In this document: in pieces, positions 25,001 through 34,006 of the stretch | How the letters are laid out: every line of letters starts with the position of its first letter | Position numbering within the stretch: position 1 is the first letter of the stretch | Assembly (NCBI GenBank): GCA_013154235.1 | Contig: JAADCV010000100.1 | Span: forward strand, 1 to 63,166 | From: Thermoproteota archaeon | Lineage (GTDB): Archaea; Thermoproteota; Thermoprotei_A; Sulfolobales; Ignisphaeraceae | Length of the DNA stretch: 63,166 nucleotides | Direction of reading: 5' to 3' | Translations under genes and position numbers: made by a program | Notes under the pieces: generated by a model | Told to the model about the DNA's origin: nothing | Database searches by the model: none | Seen by the model: the letters and a program-made list of their open reading frames with translations, nothing else

Positions 25001-26554
25001 CTACTTCTTAACTAGCTCAAAGCCCACCTTCCTCCTAGAGAATGGGTACGTCACGATACCGTACCACACCGCTGCGCTCTCAAAAAGCCCTGCTAGAGGC
25101 GCTAGTATCAATGCTGCTAGCCTTATCGAGTTCTTGACCTTGGCTGGGATAGGAAGGTGCCACGTATTTATCTTGCATCCCTCCCAGTACATGTAGAGCC
25201 ACACCGCCATCAACAGCCCTAGGAACGGCGTCATAGCTATCGTTGGCAGCGGGGTTGGCATAACGAGGTTCAGTATGCTTATAACAGCCGCTGGAAGACC
25301 ACCGAGCCAAAGCAAGTAGTTTAGCCCAACAAGAAACTTGTTCTTCGCATCTATGTCTCGATGCCTGAGGATATCTATTATGCCCCAGACCCATCGGCGA
25401 CGCTGCTTAAAGAAGTCGACTACGCTAAACGGGCTCTGCTCATAGAGCTTACCCCTCAGCCATCCCCAGACCCTACCTACTCTAGAGGAACTCATTAGTC
25501 CGAAGATGAGGTCCTCTGCCATAACGGGGCCGAAGTCCCATCCAACCTTATCCTCTAGATCCGTCCTTATCAGCATGTGCGAGCCGTGAACAGCGAATAG
25601 GGGTCTGCCGTACTCGTACTGGAATCTCATCAGCGTAACGTCTTGAAGAGGTCTAACGCTATCGAATATGCTTGGAAGAACGCTCTTACCCCAGAAGTTG
25701 CTGTACACAACAAGTCCCTGAGCAGCCATCTTTCCATGTTCTTGGGCCCCCTCTATGAACTCGACGATGCTGAGTATCGTATCCTCTCCAACCACACTCT
25801 CCTCATCCATTAAGTAAACCCACGTCCTATCGTTTACGTAGCCTAGCCTCCTTCTAACATCAAGTGCGTAGCACAGCGCTCTCGCCTTGAACAGCGTTCC
25901 CTTAGGGGTTCGGTAACTCCTAGGTACGTAGATTACCCTTAGCTTATCTCCGAGGCTCCTCTTCAGCTCCTCGAAGAAGAGCTTAGAGCTCTTAGGCGCA
26001 TCCTCCTCCGTAACAACCCATATCTCGAAATTCTTAAGGTATTGCGGGGCCCAGTGCATAACCGATAGAACTCCCCTTCTAACTGCATCGACCTCTACGC
26101 CCCTAGTCACTATCTGGAATATGACCTTGTACTGCTTTCGTTGCTTAACTCTCTGCAGCCCGAAATCCTTCGAGGGATCAAATCTGTATATCGAGTACAC
26201 TATTATCAGAGAGATCGGTAGGTAGAACAGCCAGACGTACTTGAGGTACTGCAGCCATGAGGGTGCGCTAGCGCTGTACGGCACTGGATTCAGTATTGCT
26301 CCACCTATCGTAGCTGCCGAGCATGCAACGATGAACAGCGTGAACTCTAGCTTAGAGTAGTTAAGTCTCTTATGAACGTCGAGGACATAGTTGCGCCAGA
26401 ACTCCCCCTCGAACGCCTCGAGTATCCTCCTTAGTATCTCCTTAGCTCTCCGTATCATCATCAATGACTCAATTTCGAAAACCTTATATATTAAGCTTAA
26501 ACCCTTAGCCCGCTCTATCTGTATAGATGCGGAGATGAGGAGTCTTACGGCCAC
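25001..26554 (-). CDS. Membrane-embedded family-2 glycosyltransferase with QxxRW motif (cellulose/chitin-synthase-like)
   Basis: YLMDEES.., MAEDLIFG, FFKQRRRWVWG motifs plus N- and C-terminal TM segments. Start (GTG 26554 or ATG about 26460) uncertain. Confidence 0.75.
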   Translation of the reverse strand: MAVRLLISASIQIERAKGLSLIYKVFEIESLMMIRRAKEILRRILEAFEGEFWRNYVLDVHKRLNYSKLEFTLFIVACSAATIGGAILNPVPYSASAPSWLQYLKYVWLFYLPISLIIVYSIYRFDPSKDFGLQRVKQRKQYKVIFQIVTRGVEVDAVRRGVLSVMHWAPQYLKNFEIWVVTEEDAPKSSKLFFEELKRSLGDKLRVIYVPRSYRTPKGTLFKARALCYALDVRRRLGYVNDRTWVYLMDEESVVGEDTILSIVEFIEGAQEHGKMAAQGLVVYSNFWGKSVLPSIFDSVRPLQDVTLMRFQYEYGRPLFAVHGSHMLIRTDLEDKVGWDFGPVMAEDLIFGLMSSSRVGRVWGWLRGKLYEQSPFSVVDFFKQRRRWVWGIIDILRHRDIDAKNKFLVGLNYLLWLGGLPAAVISILNLVMPTPLPTIAMTPFLGLLMAVWLYMYWEGCKINTWHLPIPAKVKNSIRLAALILAPLAGLFESAAVWYGIVTYPFSRRKVGFELVKK

Positions 26555-26670
26555 TGAAACGATGATGAACGCTAACTACACCGATCCACGTATCACAAGC
26601 TTACAAAACTATCTAGGGAACCTCATTTTTAAGTAGCTTGCTACGTGTTCTAGCTTCTTAGGTGTCTTAG

Positions 26671-27207
26671 TTGGCTACTGCGAGCAGCAGCGAAGAGATT
26701 ATAGAGCGCGTTAGCTCGATATGCAATAAGAGCCCAAGCGAAGTGAGGGCAGCAGTAGAAGGAGTTGGGATGAGTATTAGGATCAGAATACTGGAGCTTC
26801 TCTTAGAGCACGGTGCTCTAAGATTCAACTCGTTGCACAGAGAGCTTGGTGTATTCAAGGGAACTCTAAAGTGGCATCTTGAGAAGCTCGAGAGAGCGGG
26901 CATCATAGCTTCATTCAAGTTTCGAAACTCTAGGTACATATACATAAGGGGGCTGGAGTTTCGACTCATTAAAAAGCTCGTTAAGGACTATAGAAGGCGT
27001 AGGAGGAGAAGTAGGAGTAGCGATCTTGTGAACCTGCTTAGGGATATGTGCTTCAGCGATGATGTAGAGGATCTAGCGAGGAGGTACGGCGTTGAGGTGA
27101 GTGCTGTTGAATCTCTTCAGAGAATAGTTGTGTCCGCTTTTGGCAATGCTAGAGGAGATGATTGCTTCGTGCTACTGCAGTTGATGGCTATCTTCACTTC
27201 CTCCTAG
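26671..27207 (+). CDS. Winged-helix (ArsR-like) transcriptional regulator with basic RS-rich linker
   Basis: RIRILELLLEHGALRFNSLHRELGVFKGTLKWHLEKLERAGII. Possible later start at ATG 26770. Confidence 0.6.
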   Translation: MATASSSEEIIERVSSICNKSPSEVRAAVEGVGMSIRIRILELLLEHGALRFNSLHRELGVFKGTLKWHLEKLERAGIIASFKFRNSRYIYIRGLEFRLIKKLVKDYRRRRRRSRSSDLVNLLRDMCFSDDVEDLARRYGVEVSAVESLQRIVVSAFGNARGDDCFVLLQLMAIFTSS

Positions 27208-27384
27208 CGCGAGCTCTAGGCTCCCTACCTTAGAGCCCTCAACCCACTTAACGCGTGCAATGCCTCTCGTGTTAGGTCCGTAGAACCTGTAGATCCACGT
27301 ATCCTTAGATTCCATGGATTCCAGCACCACTAACTCTACCGAATCCTTGACGATTCTAGAAATCATGTTTGCGAGGGGCTTCAC
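27172..27384 (-). CDS. Small hypothetical protein, 70 aa
   Basis: ATG ORF with plausible beta-rich sequence. Overlaps the convergent 3' end of 26671-27207. Confidence 0.35.
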   Translation of the reverse strand: MKPLANMISRIVKDSVELVVLESMESKDTWIYRFYGPNTRGIARVKWVEGSKVGSLELALGGSEDSHQLQ

Positions 27385-27484
27385 CGTATCACCGGAAATA
27401 ACAGCTCCCTTGCGACTGAAAGCATCTCCACATATAGTTCTCGCGCCTAGCTATGTTACGCTAGGTACTATGTTGGGCATACGG

Positions 27485-27534
27485 ATGATGAGCCTTTCCC
27501 TCATCCGATTGGTGAGGATAGCAACCCGTGCTGA
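27485..27534 (+). ncRNA. C/D box sRNA candidate 4
   Basis: C AUGAUGA 27485-27491, 12-13-nt guide, degenerate D' CCGA 27505-27508, C' GUGAGGA 27512-27518, 12-nt guide, D CUGA 27531-27534. D box ends 42 nt upstream of the Fap7-like start. Confidence 0.55.
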
Positions 27535-27576
27535 CGCTGATAAGCTAGCTCTGTACGCGTATGAAGGGGATAGGTT

Positions 27577-28167
27577 TTGAAGGCGATAGGCATCTCGGGA
27601 ACACCCGGTGTTGGGAAGAGCACGGTTGCTGAGCTCGTATCTAAGAAGCTAGGCATCCCAAGAGTTGATCTATCGAGGGTAGTTATAGAAAGAAGGTTGT
27701 ATACAGAGTTCGACGAAGTGCGGGGTAGCTACGTTATCGATGAGGATGCTGTGAGGAAGTACCTCAGGGATCTCTATAGCAGTATAGGGCCTTTCGTGCT
27801 CGATAGCCACTACGCTGAAGTTGCTCCGCGAGAGATACTGGAGATTGTTGTTGTGATAAGGCTGGATCCGATGAAGCTGATAGATAGGCTCGTCGCTAGA
27901 GGCTGGCCTATGAGGAAGATAGCTGAGAATGTTGAAGCAGAGCTCCTCTCCGTTCCAACGCTGAACGCTGTTGAGGAGCTAGGCGAGGAGCTAGTTCTCG
28001 AGATAGACTCTACTGGTAAGAACGCTGAGATTGTTGCTAGCGAAGCTCTGTCTGTCATCTTCGGGGATCTCCCTATTGAGCTAGGCCACAGAATAGACTG
28101 GTTGTCGCAGCTTCCACCCGAGCGATTGGAGCGTGTTCTGAGGTTCATTGAGACACATCGAGGCTAG
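27577..28167 (+). CDS. Fap7/AK6-type adenylate kinase-like NTPase (small-subunit rRNA maturation factor)
   Basis: TTG start; IGISGTPGVGKSTVAE P-loop; size and layout of archaeal Fap7. Confidence 0.75.
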   Translation: MKAIGISGTPGVGKSTVAELVSKKLGIPRVDLSRVVIERRLYTEFDEVRGSYVIDEDAVRKYLRDLYSSIGPFVLDSHYAEVAPREILEIVVVIRLDPMKLIDRLVARGWPMRKIAENVEAELLSVPTLNAVEELGEELVLEIDSTGKNAEIVASEALSVIFGDLPIELGHRIDWLSQLPPERLERVLRFIETHRG

Positions 28168-28925
28168 CCGTTTAGGATCTTAGCTAGATACGCTCTAGCT
28201 CTAGGATCGTTTGCAGGCCTGGTGAATGTTGCTAGCCCAAGCACAGCCGCAAGATCTCTCGATGTGGTGTCTAGAGGCTCAAATAGAGATACGTACCCCT
28301 TGCCGAGAGCTAGAATGACATCGCTGTCCCCTATCCTCACTAGCGTATCTATAAATGGCTTGAGCTTCTCTGAGACCTCCCTAACTACGCATCTCTTTAC
28401 TCTAGCAACACCTCTCACCCTCAAAGATTTTAGAAATAGGAACAGTAGGTTCACTCGCGGCTCCAAAGCAACCGCTCCGCTCACCTCCTCTGCGCAGCCC
28501 ACGCAGCACGCAAGGCCTCCCTCAACGACGCTAAGGGCTTCCTCCCCTAGGGTTTCCTCGATGCTAACCGTTGCTACACCCAGCTCTTCATCGATCTCTA
28601 TACCGAGCTCGCGGAACCATGGACAAGATGGGCGCGATGCTAACGGTACTAGAAGCCCAACGTCTAACCATGTAGGCTCTGCAAGCTCTATGTAGTCGCA
28701 CACTGCTAGAATTCTCTCCATGGCATCGTCGCTGCACAGCACTGCGCTTCCCGCAGCAACAGCTACGCTTCTCTTCACGCCTCTAACCTTCGTCACTATA
28801 GTTGTTGGGTGCAGAACTACGTAGATAGGTGTTTCCCTAGCTATCTCGATTAGCGCTCTGACGTACTCAAAGCCACTCTTAGCACTCTCTATTTTCGCTA
28901 GAGCGCAGCCCTCACTAAACCTCAT
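28164..28925 (-). CDS. Hypothetical protein, 253 aa
   Basis: Long ATG ORF; no recognisable motif. Confidence 0.5.
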   Translation of the reverse strand: MRFSEGCALAKIESAKSGFEYVRALIEIARETPIYVVLHPTTIVTKVRGVKRSVAVAAGSAVLCSDDAMERILAVCDYIELAEPTWLDVGLLVPLASRPSCPWFRELGIEIDEELGVATVSIEETLGEEALSVVEGGLACCVGCAEEVSGAVALEPRVNLLFLFLKSLRVRGVARVKRCVVREVSEKLKPFIDTLVRIGDSDVILALGKGYVSLFEPLDTTSRDLAAVLGLATFTRPANDPRARAYLAKILNG

Positions 28926-29008
28926 TCTCTAACCCACTCCTGATACATAGCGATGTCAGAGAGCTTTGAGCTTATCTAGCTGCTACAGTAGTGAGGGGCG
29001 GTGGTGGT

Positions 29009-30415
29009 ATGAAGGCTCTAGAGCTATTCTTCAACCCTAGGGGCGTAGCTGTAGTCGGTGCAAGCTCTCGCCCTGGCTCCGTAGGCTACGTGATTGTCGA
29101 CCAGCTGAGGAAGAGGTTTAGAGGGAAGGTCTACCCAGTCAACCCGAAGTACAGCGAGATTCTCGGCTTGAAGTGCTACAAGAGCGTTGAGGAGGTTCCG
29201 GATCCCGTTGACCTAGCGGTTATCGCCGTTAGAGCAGATCTGGTTCCCAACGTTATGGAGAGCGTCGGTAAGAGGGGCATTAAGGCCGCCATAGTTGTCA
29301 GCGGTGGATTCGCTGAGGTAGGACCGGAGGGCGAGGAGAGGCAGCGCAGACTCGTAGAGATATCGCGCAAGTACGGCATTAGAGTTGTTGGCCCTAACTG
29401 CATAGGGGTGCTGGACAATCATAGCGGCATAGACACGTTCTTCCTACCCGAGGACAGGTTGAAGAGGCCGCCGAAGGGAACGATATCCATAGCTAGCCAG
29501 AGCGGCGCACTTCTATCCATGTGGATAGACTGGATGGCTATGAAGGGCATGGGGCTCTCCAAGGCTCTTAGCTACGGCAACAAGGTAGACATAGACGAGG
29601 TGGACGCCCTCGATTACTTCATAGACGATCCTAACACGCACGTCATCCTCATGTACATAGAGGGCTTGAAGCCCGGTAGGGGCCAGGAGTTCATTAAGAT
29701 GGCTAGGAAGGCTATTGCGGCAGGCAAACCAGTCATCGTGCTGAAGGGAGGAAGAACGAGAAAGGGCTTCGCAGCCGCTGCATCGCATACTGCAGCTATG
29801 GCTGCTGGATACGAGATCTATAGAGCGGTGTTTAGGCAGGTCGGAATAGTGGAGGTTGATGAGATGGAGGAGATGTTCGATGTTGCAAAGGCGTTCACGA
29901 TGCTGCCTCTGCCTAGGGGAGATAGAGTACTTATACTGACTAATGCGGGTGGAGAGGGTGTTCTTGCAACTGATTTCGCTGAGAGGTACGGGCTTAACGT
30001 AGTCGATATGCCTAAGGAGGTTCAGGAGGAGCTTAGGAAGCAGCTACCACCGCACGTTGTTGTGAGGAATCCTATAGATCTAACTGGAGATACTGACGAT
30101 GAGAGGTACAGGATAGCTCTAGAGACCGTTCTTAAGCATGGTGCGGTAGACTCCGTGGTACTGATAGCTCCTCCGCACCCACCTGCAATGACAGGCGCTG
30201 TCGTGAAGTATGCACGTGACTGCATGGATAGGTACGGAGTTCCTATAGTAGCTGTTGTTACCGGTGGCGTAATCGCTGAGGAGTTCGCGAGGAAGTTCGA
30301 GGAGGCTGGTATACCAGCCTACGGCTCTCCAGAGCGCGCTGTAAAGGCGCTAGCAGCAATGGTCAAGTTCGCGAAAGCGAAGAAAAAGGCTTCATCTAGC
30401 CAAAGCCTTTCTTAG
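29009..30415 (+). CDS. ADP-forming acetyl-CoA synthetase alpha subunit / CoA-binding protein
   Basis: FNPRGVAVVGASSRPGSVG.., ..VGPNCIG.., ..SQSGAL.. match the succinyl-CoA-synthetase-like alpha-domain pattern. ATG 29009. Confidence 0.8.
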   Translation: MKALELFFNPRGVAVVGASSRPGSVGYVIVDQLRKRFRGKVYPVNPKYSEILGLKCYKSVEEVPDPVDLAVIAVRADLVPNVMESVGKRGIKAAIVVSGGFAEVGPEGEERQRRLVEISRKYGIRVVGPNCIGVLDNHSGIDTFFLPEDRLKRPPKGTISIASQSGALLSMWIDWMAMKGMGLSKALSYGNKVDIDEVDALDYFIDDPNTHVILMYIEGLKPGRGQEFIKMARKAIAAGKPVIVLKGGRTRKGFAAAASHTAAMAAGYEIYRAVFRQVGIVEVDEMEEMFDVAKAFTMLPLPRGDRVLILTNAGGEGVLATDFAERYGLNVVDMPKEVQEELRKQLPPHVVVRNPIDLTGDTDDERYRIALETVLKHGAVDSVVLIAPPHPPAMTGAVVKYARDCMDRYGVPIVAVVTGGVIAEEFARKFEEAGIPAYGSPERAVKALAAMVKFAKAKKKASSSQSLS

Positions 30416-30748
30416 ATCCTCCACAAGCTTTGCGGGATCGCTGTAGCTCCTAACAATGTATAGGTAGGGGTAGCTAGGCAAGCTAGTATCGATCTCGTAG
30501 CTAAGCTCACCATTTTCAAGCTCTGCTGCTATCTCAAGAGCTCTCCTAAAGCTCTTTACAACGTTCTCAACATCCTCCCTGCTAGCTCCTTCCGGCATTA
30601 GTTGCAGAGATAGTGTTACCTTGGCTCCCTGCTCCGTGGGAGTAACCTCGATTATAATGTCGTCGACGTGAATCCTAACGCTCTCCTCCTTCTCATAGCT
30701 AAGGCCCAGCTCCCTCGCTACTTTAGCAACCTCCTCAAGAACATCCAT
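30392..30748 (-). CDS. Hypothetical protein, 118 aa
   Basis: ATG ORF, acidic. Confidence 0.45.
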   Translation of the reverse strand: MDVLEEVAKVARELGLSYEKEESVRIHVDDIIIEVTPTEQGAKVTLSLQLMPEGASREDVENVVKSFRRALEIAAELENGELSYEIDTSLPSYPYLYIVRSYSDPAKLVEDLRKALAR

Positions 30749-30804
30749 CTCCTACACCTCCCTCGAGCCTAGATCTTCTTAGCTTATTAGCCTATCACAC
30801 CCTC

Positions 30805-31881
30805 ATGGAGCTGAGGGGCGCGGTAGTGATATTCATAGTGATAAGGCTATTGAAGCGCGTGCTTCGAGAGCCAACGAAGCGGAGGTTAGTGCTAACTCTG
30901 GTAGCGTTCACTGTATCCACGCTAGTGAGCGGCACGCTATTCTATCTAGTCGAGGGCGTTTACGGTCCCCAGAAGGATCTAACCTGGAGCCGCTCGATAT
31001 ACTGGGCCATAGTGACTATGGCTACCGTCGGGTACGGCGATATCGTTCCTAAGACCTTCTGGGGACGCGTTGTAGCTTGCGTAACCATAGTCGTTGGAAT
31101 AGCAATGTTCTCTCTATTCATATCGACGCTCGCTGACGTATTTATGCAGGGCAGCCTAAAGCGTGTGCTAGGGTTGGGAAGAGTGAAGAACGTTGATGTC
31201 GTGGTCGTAGGGGCTAACGAGGTTTGCCGAGAGGCGATAAACGAGCTCAGGCGTAACATGCCCAAGATAAGGGTGGCGTGGGTCATGGAGAAGAAGCCTA
31301 GAACCCCTCCAGAGGATGTTGACTTCGTGGTGGGCGACCCGACTGACGATGATACCTTGAAGAGGGCGGGAATAGAGAAGGCTAAGGATCTGATAGTTTG
31401 CGTGCTAGACGATTCTACAGCTATACACATTGTGCTAACAGCCAAGAAGCTAAACAAGGGGCTCCGCATAGCAGCGCTAGCGAAGAGCTCTAGAGCAGCC
31501 GAGCTACTGAAGGAGGCTGGCGTCTCCATTGTCGTTCCATTCAAGAGGCTCGGACGCGAGCTAGCTTCAGCGGTATTTGAGCCGAGTGTAGTGCACTTCC
31601 TAGAGGAGGTCACTACAGCTAGAGGGCGCGCCGATTTAGTAGAGATAGTTATAGATCCTTCTCACGCTGGGAAGGATGTTAAGGACATAATAAGGGAGCT
31701 TCAAGTAGCTGATAGAAACGCTAGGTACCTAGCTGTAATGCTTGCAAAGAACAGCGGCGAGCAGGTTTTCGCTCCAAAGGACGATACGAAGCTTGACCTA
31801 GGTGATAAGCTCGTTCTTGTAAAGGTTAAGGAAGGTGTGGAACCGCAAAAAGCTGCATCTGTGAGTCAGCAGCAACAGTAG
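30805..31881 (+). CDS. Potassium channel with C-terminal RCK/TrkA-N domain
   Basis: Selectivity filter TVGYGD between two TM helices; VVVVGANE Rossmann-like RCK domain. Confidence 0.85.
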   Translation: MELRGAVVIFIVIRLLKRVLREPTKRRLVLTLVAFTVSTLVSGTLFYLVEGVYGPQKDLTWSRSIYWAIVTMATVGYGDIVPKTFWGRVVACVTIVVGIAMFSLFISTLADVFMQGSLKRVLGLGRVKNVDVVVVGANEVCREAINELRRNMPKIRVAWVMEKKPRTPPEDVDFVVGDPTDDDTLKRAGIEKAKDLIVCVLDDSTAIHIVLTAKKLNKGLRIAALAKSSRAAELLKEAGVSIVVPFKRLGRELASAVFEPSVVHFLEEVTTARGRADLVEIVIDPSHAGKDVKDIIRELQVADRNARYLAVMLAKNSGEQVFAPKDDTKLDLGDKLVLVKVKEGVEPQKAASVSQQQQ

Positions 31882-31899
31882 TTATGTTCTTCAGACTCC

Positions 31900-32346
31900 T
31901 TACCTCCTTGATCTTGAGGATCTATACCTTCTGGGTCTAGTGTATAGCTGGTACCCACCGCCCCTGCTACCGAATCTAGGCTGTGCTTGCGGAGGTGCCT
32001 CAGGTCTATCCTCTGGAACCTCCTCGATTTGGGGGACCTCGGTGTCGTCGACTCTCTCTATAACGCTACTTCTACCGATATTCAGCTGAACTTCTCCTCT
32101 GTAGCTCGATACCCATGCATTAGAGATCTTGACACTATCGCCAGCCTCGAGCGACGCAGCCTTGGAACCCCATGCAACTAGCGTTACTCTACCACTATCG
32201 TCGCCCACTGTGTACAACCCTATAGTTCGATCTCCAGCTCTAGTCCTGATGGTTTTGATACCCTTTCTCTCGAGAACCCTTACCTTAACCTCCACATTCT
32301 CTTGACCGGGCTTTAGATCCTTTACCTTGGACTCGGAGTTCGACAT
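31900..32346 (-). CDS. ssb: Crenarchaeal single-stranded DNA-binding protein (single OB fold plus flexible R/G-rich tail)
   Basis: MSNSESKVKDLKPGQENVEVKVRVLE..GRVTLVAWG..GDSVKISNAWVSSYRGEVQLNIG aligns by eye with Sulfolobus SSB. ATG 32346 preferred over 32379. Confidence 0.85.
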   Translation of the reverse strand: MSNSESKVKDLKPGQENVEVKVRVLERKGIKTIRTRAGDRTIGLYTVGDDSGRVTLVAWGSKAASLEAGDSVKISNAWVSSYRGEVQLNIGRSSVIERVDDTEVPQIEEVPEDRPEAPPQAQPRFGSRGGGYQLYTRPRRYRSSRSRR

Positions 32347-32395
32347 CCGGGATCTATCTCTTCGGGTCTGTCGCACCATCCATCTACTTCGCCGT

Positions 32396-32403
32396 ATTTA
32401 AAT
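32396..32403. promoter_or_regulatory. Palindromic TATA-like element ATTTAAAT between divergent ssb and alba
   Basis: The only AT-rich element in the short divergent spacer. About 40-50 nt from both preferred starts (32346 and TTG 32444). Confidence 0.4.
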
Positions 32404-32410
32404 CCGGCGG

Positions 32411-32740
32411 GTGGAACCATTAACCAGTTGGTGCCTCAAGATCTTGAGGGAGAGTAGGTGCCTCGATAGGACGATCCTCGTAGGCAAAAAGGGGATAGCG
32501 AGGTACGTTCTAGCTGGTCTATACAAGGTTTTCATTGAGCAGTGCAGTTCCGTAAGGTACGCCGCTCTAGGCAAAAGCATATATAGAGCTGTATCGGCTG
32601 CAGAAGCCCTATCTAGGCTCTTAGGCTTTCTATACATAAAAAGGGTGCAGATCTCCAGCTTGATAGTCAGCGGCGAAGGCAAGACGAGGAGGGTCTCGAG
32701 GATAGAGATAGAACTGCATAGAATAGACGAAGAGCCCTGA
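32411..32740 (+). CDS. albA: Alba-family chromatin/RNA-binding protein
   Basis: ILVGKKGIARYVLAGL..AALGKSIYRAVSAAEAL......SRIEIEL. Start more likely TTG 32444 than GTG 32411. Confidence 0.75.
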   Translation: MEPLTSWCLKILRESRCLDRTILVGKKGIARYVLAGLYKVFIEQCSSVRYAALGKSIYRAVSAAEALSRLLGFLYIKRVQISSLIVSGEGKTRRVSRIEIELHRIDEEP

Positions 32741-32741
32741 G

Positions 32742-33641
32742 GTGCATCTCATGAACATGCTTCAGCGTCTGCGCGATGCCCTAGCGCCACAGAGTCTCGT
32801 TCTCTTACTAGGTAAGCCGCTCACAAGAGCTATTCTCGGGATTAGCTGCGATGCTGGAGCTATAGATCTAGGTAGCGAGAGATGCTACTGCGTGAGGTCG
32901 CTAGCAAGCGACGAAGAGCTAGAGAAATGCGTCGATATACGTTTCTCGTTCGCACCCGTAGAGAAGCCGCACATTGCAGGATCCTTGATAGACGCTCTCA
33001 TAGCGGTAGCCAAAAGCGCTAAAGGGAGACAGCTAGCGATCGCTTCTACAGATCTATCTATGTTACTAGAGAGTCAGCTGAAGATGAAGGTATTTCCGGT
33101 GGATCCCTCGCTTATCGATAGACTACTCAAGCCTAGACACGATTCGGAGGCGCTGAGAGCGCTTAGCGAGGCCTCACGAGCTCTTCAGATAGCTACCAAC
33201 CTGCTTTCGTCTAAACCAGTTGCTGTTGATAGCAGCGAAAGGTGCACGATTCGCGTGGATAGCAGCTGCATAGAGGTTTACTGCTATGACGACCTTGTCG
33301 GCGGATACATCGCGCTTCCAACAAGCCTTACCGATAGTGATAAGGTGTATAGAGCGCTACACCTTGCTGTAAGAAGCGGACTTCGGGATCGAGAGGCAAA
33401 CACTCTACTATCATCGCTAGCAGCTCTCCTAAGCAGGTCAGGACTCGAGGTTCGAGATATTTCATTGCTTCGCCTATGTACCGAGGGCCCTGCACCGTAT
33501 ACAGGTAGCATAATCGAACCGCCGGACGCTCTGGGAATCAAGGTGATTGCTTTGGACAAGGGTAAGAGGGTTTGCATCGGTATGACAACAGCTATTTTGT
33601 CGAGCGGCGAGGTGCGTATCATAGCGCCTAGAGCTAGCTGA
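32742..33641 (+). CDS. Hypothetical protein, 299 aa
   Basis: Long ORF starting 1 nt after the alba stop; no recognisable motif. Confidence 0.5.
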   Translation: MHLMNMLQRLRDALAPQSLVLLLGKPLTRAILGISCDAGAIDLGSERCYCVRSLASDEELEKCVDIRFSFAPVEKPHIAGSLIDALIAVAKSAKGRQLAIASTDLSMLLESQLKMKVFPVDPSLIDRLLKPRHDSEALRALSEASRALQIATNLLSSKPVAVDSSERCTIRVDSSCIEVYCYDDLVGGYIALPTSLTDSDKVYRALHLAVRSGLRDREANTLLSSLAALLSRSGLEVRDISLLRLCTEGPAPYTGSIIEPPDALGIKVIALDKGKRVCIGMTTAILSSGEVRIIAPRAS

Positions 33642-33642
33642 G

Positions 33643-33873
33643 GTGTGGGTAATGGAGGAGCGCAGAGCGGAGGAAGGTAAGACCGCTGTTATAGATCTCG
33701 AGGAGCTTGGGAGAGCTATCGTTAGCTACGATGATGTTACCGACACACTGTACATAGTCCTAAGCGATGAAGAGGGCGAGGAGTCCCTGCTGCTACCTAA
33801 CGATATAGCTGTCCGAATCTCGCGCGGTCGTGTTGTATCGATAACTGTGAGGGGGGTTAGGTACCGAAGTTAA
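33643..33873 (+). CDS. DUF2283-like small protein
   Basis: ..YDDVTDTLYIVLSDEEGEES......V.I..GRVVSITV pattern. Confidence 0.55.
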   Translation: MWVMEERRAEEGKTAVIDLEELGRAIVSYDDVTDTLYIVLSDEEGEESLLLPNDIAVRISRGRVVSITVRGVRYRS

Positions 33874-33969
33874 TACTAGTAAAAACCGGTAAGTACATTA
33901 AGGGCCTAGCCTAAGCATCAAGATCAAATGTATTTACCGAACCGTAACTGACTGTTAGGAACACAATCC

Positions 33970-33977
33970 TTTTATAC
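33970..33977 (+). promoter_or_regulatory. TATA-like box TTTTATAC upstream of the AbrB-PhoU gene
   Basis: About 30 nt upstream of GTG 34007; consistent with a near-leaderless transcript. Confidence 0.4.
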
Positions 33978-34006
33978 ATCTTTAGGCACATTGATTGCGG
34001 TGCTGA

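Noticed and set aside
26561-26600. AUGAUGA plus a 12-nt spacer plus CCGA upstream of the glycosyltransferase gene.
   Set aside because: No C' or terminal CUGA follows. The region is better explained as a divergent promoter spacer.
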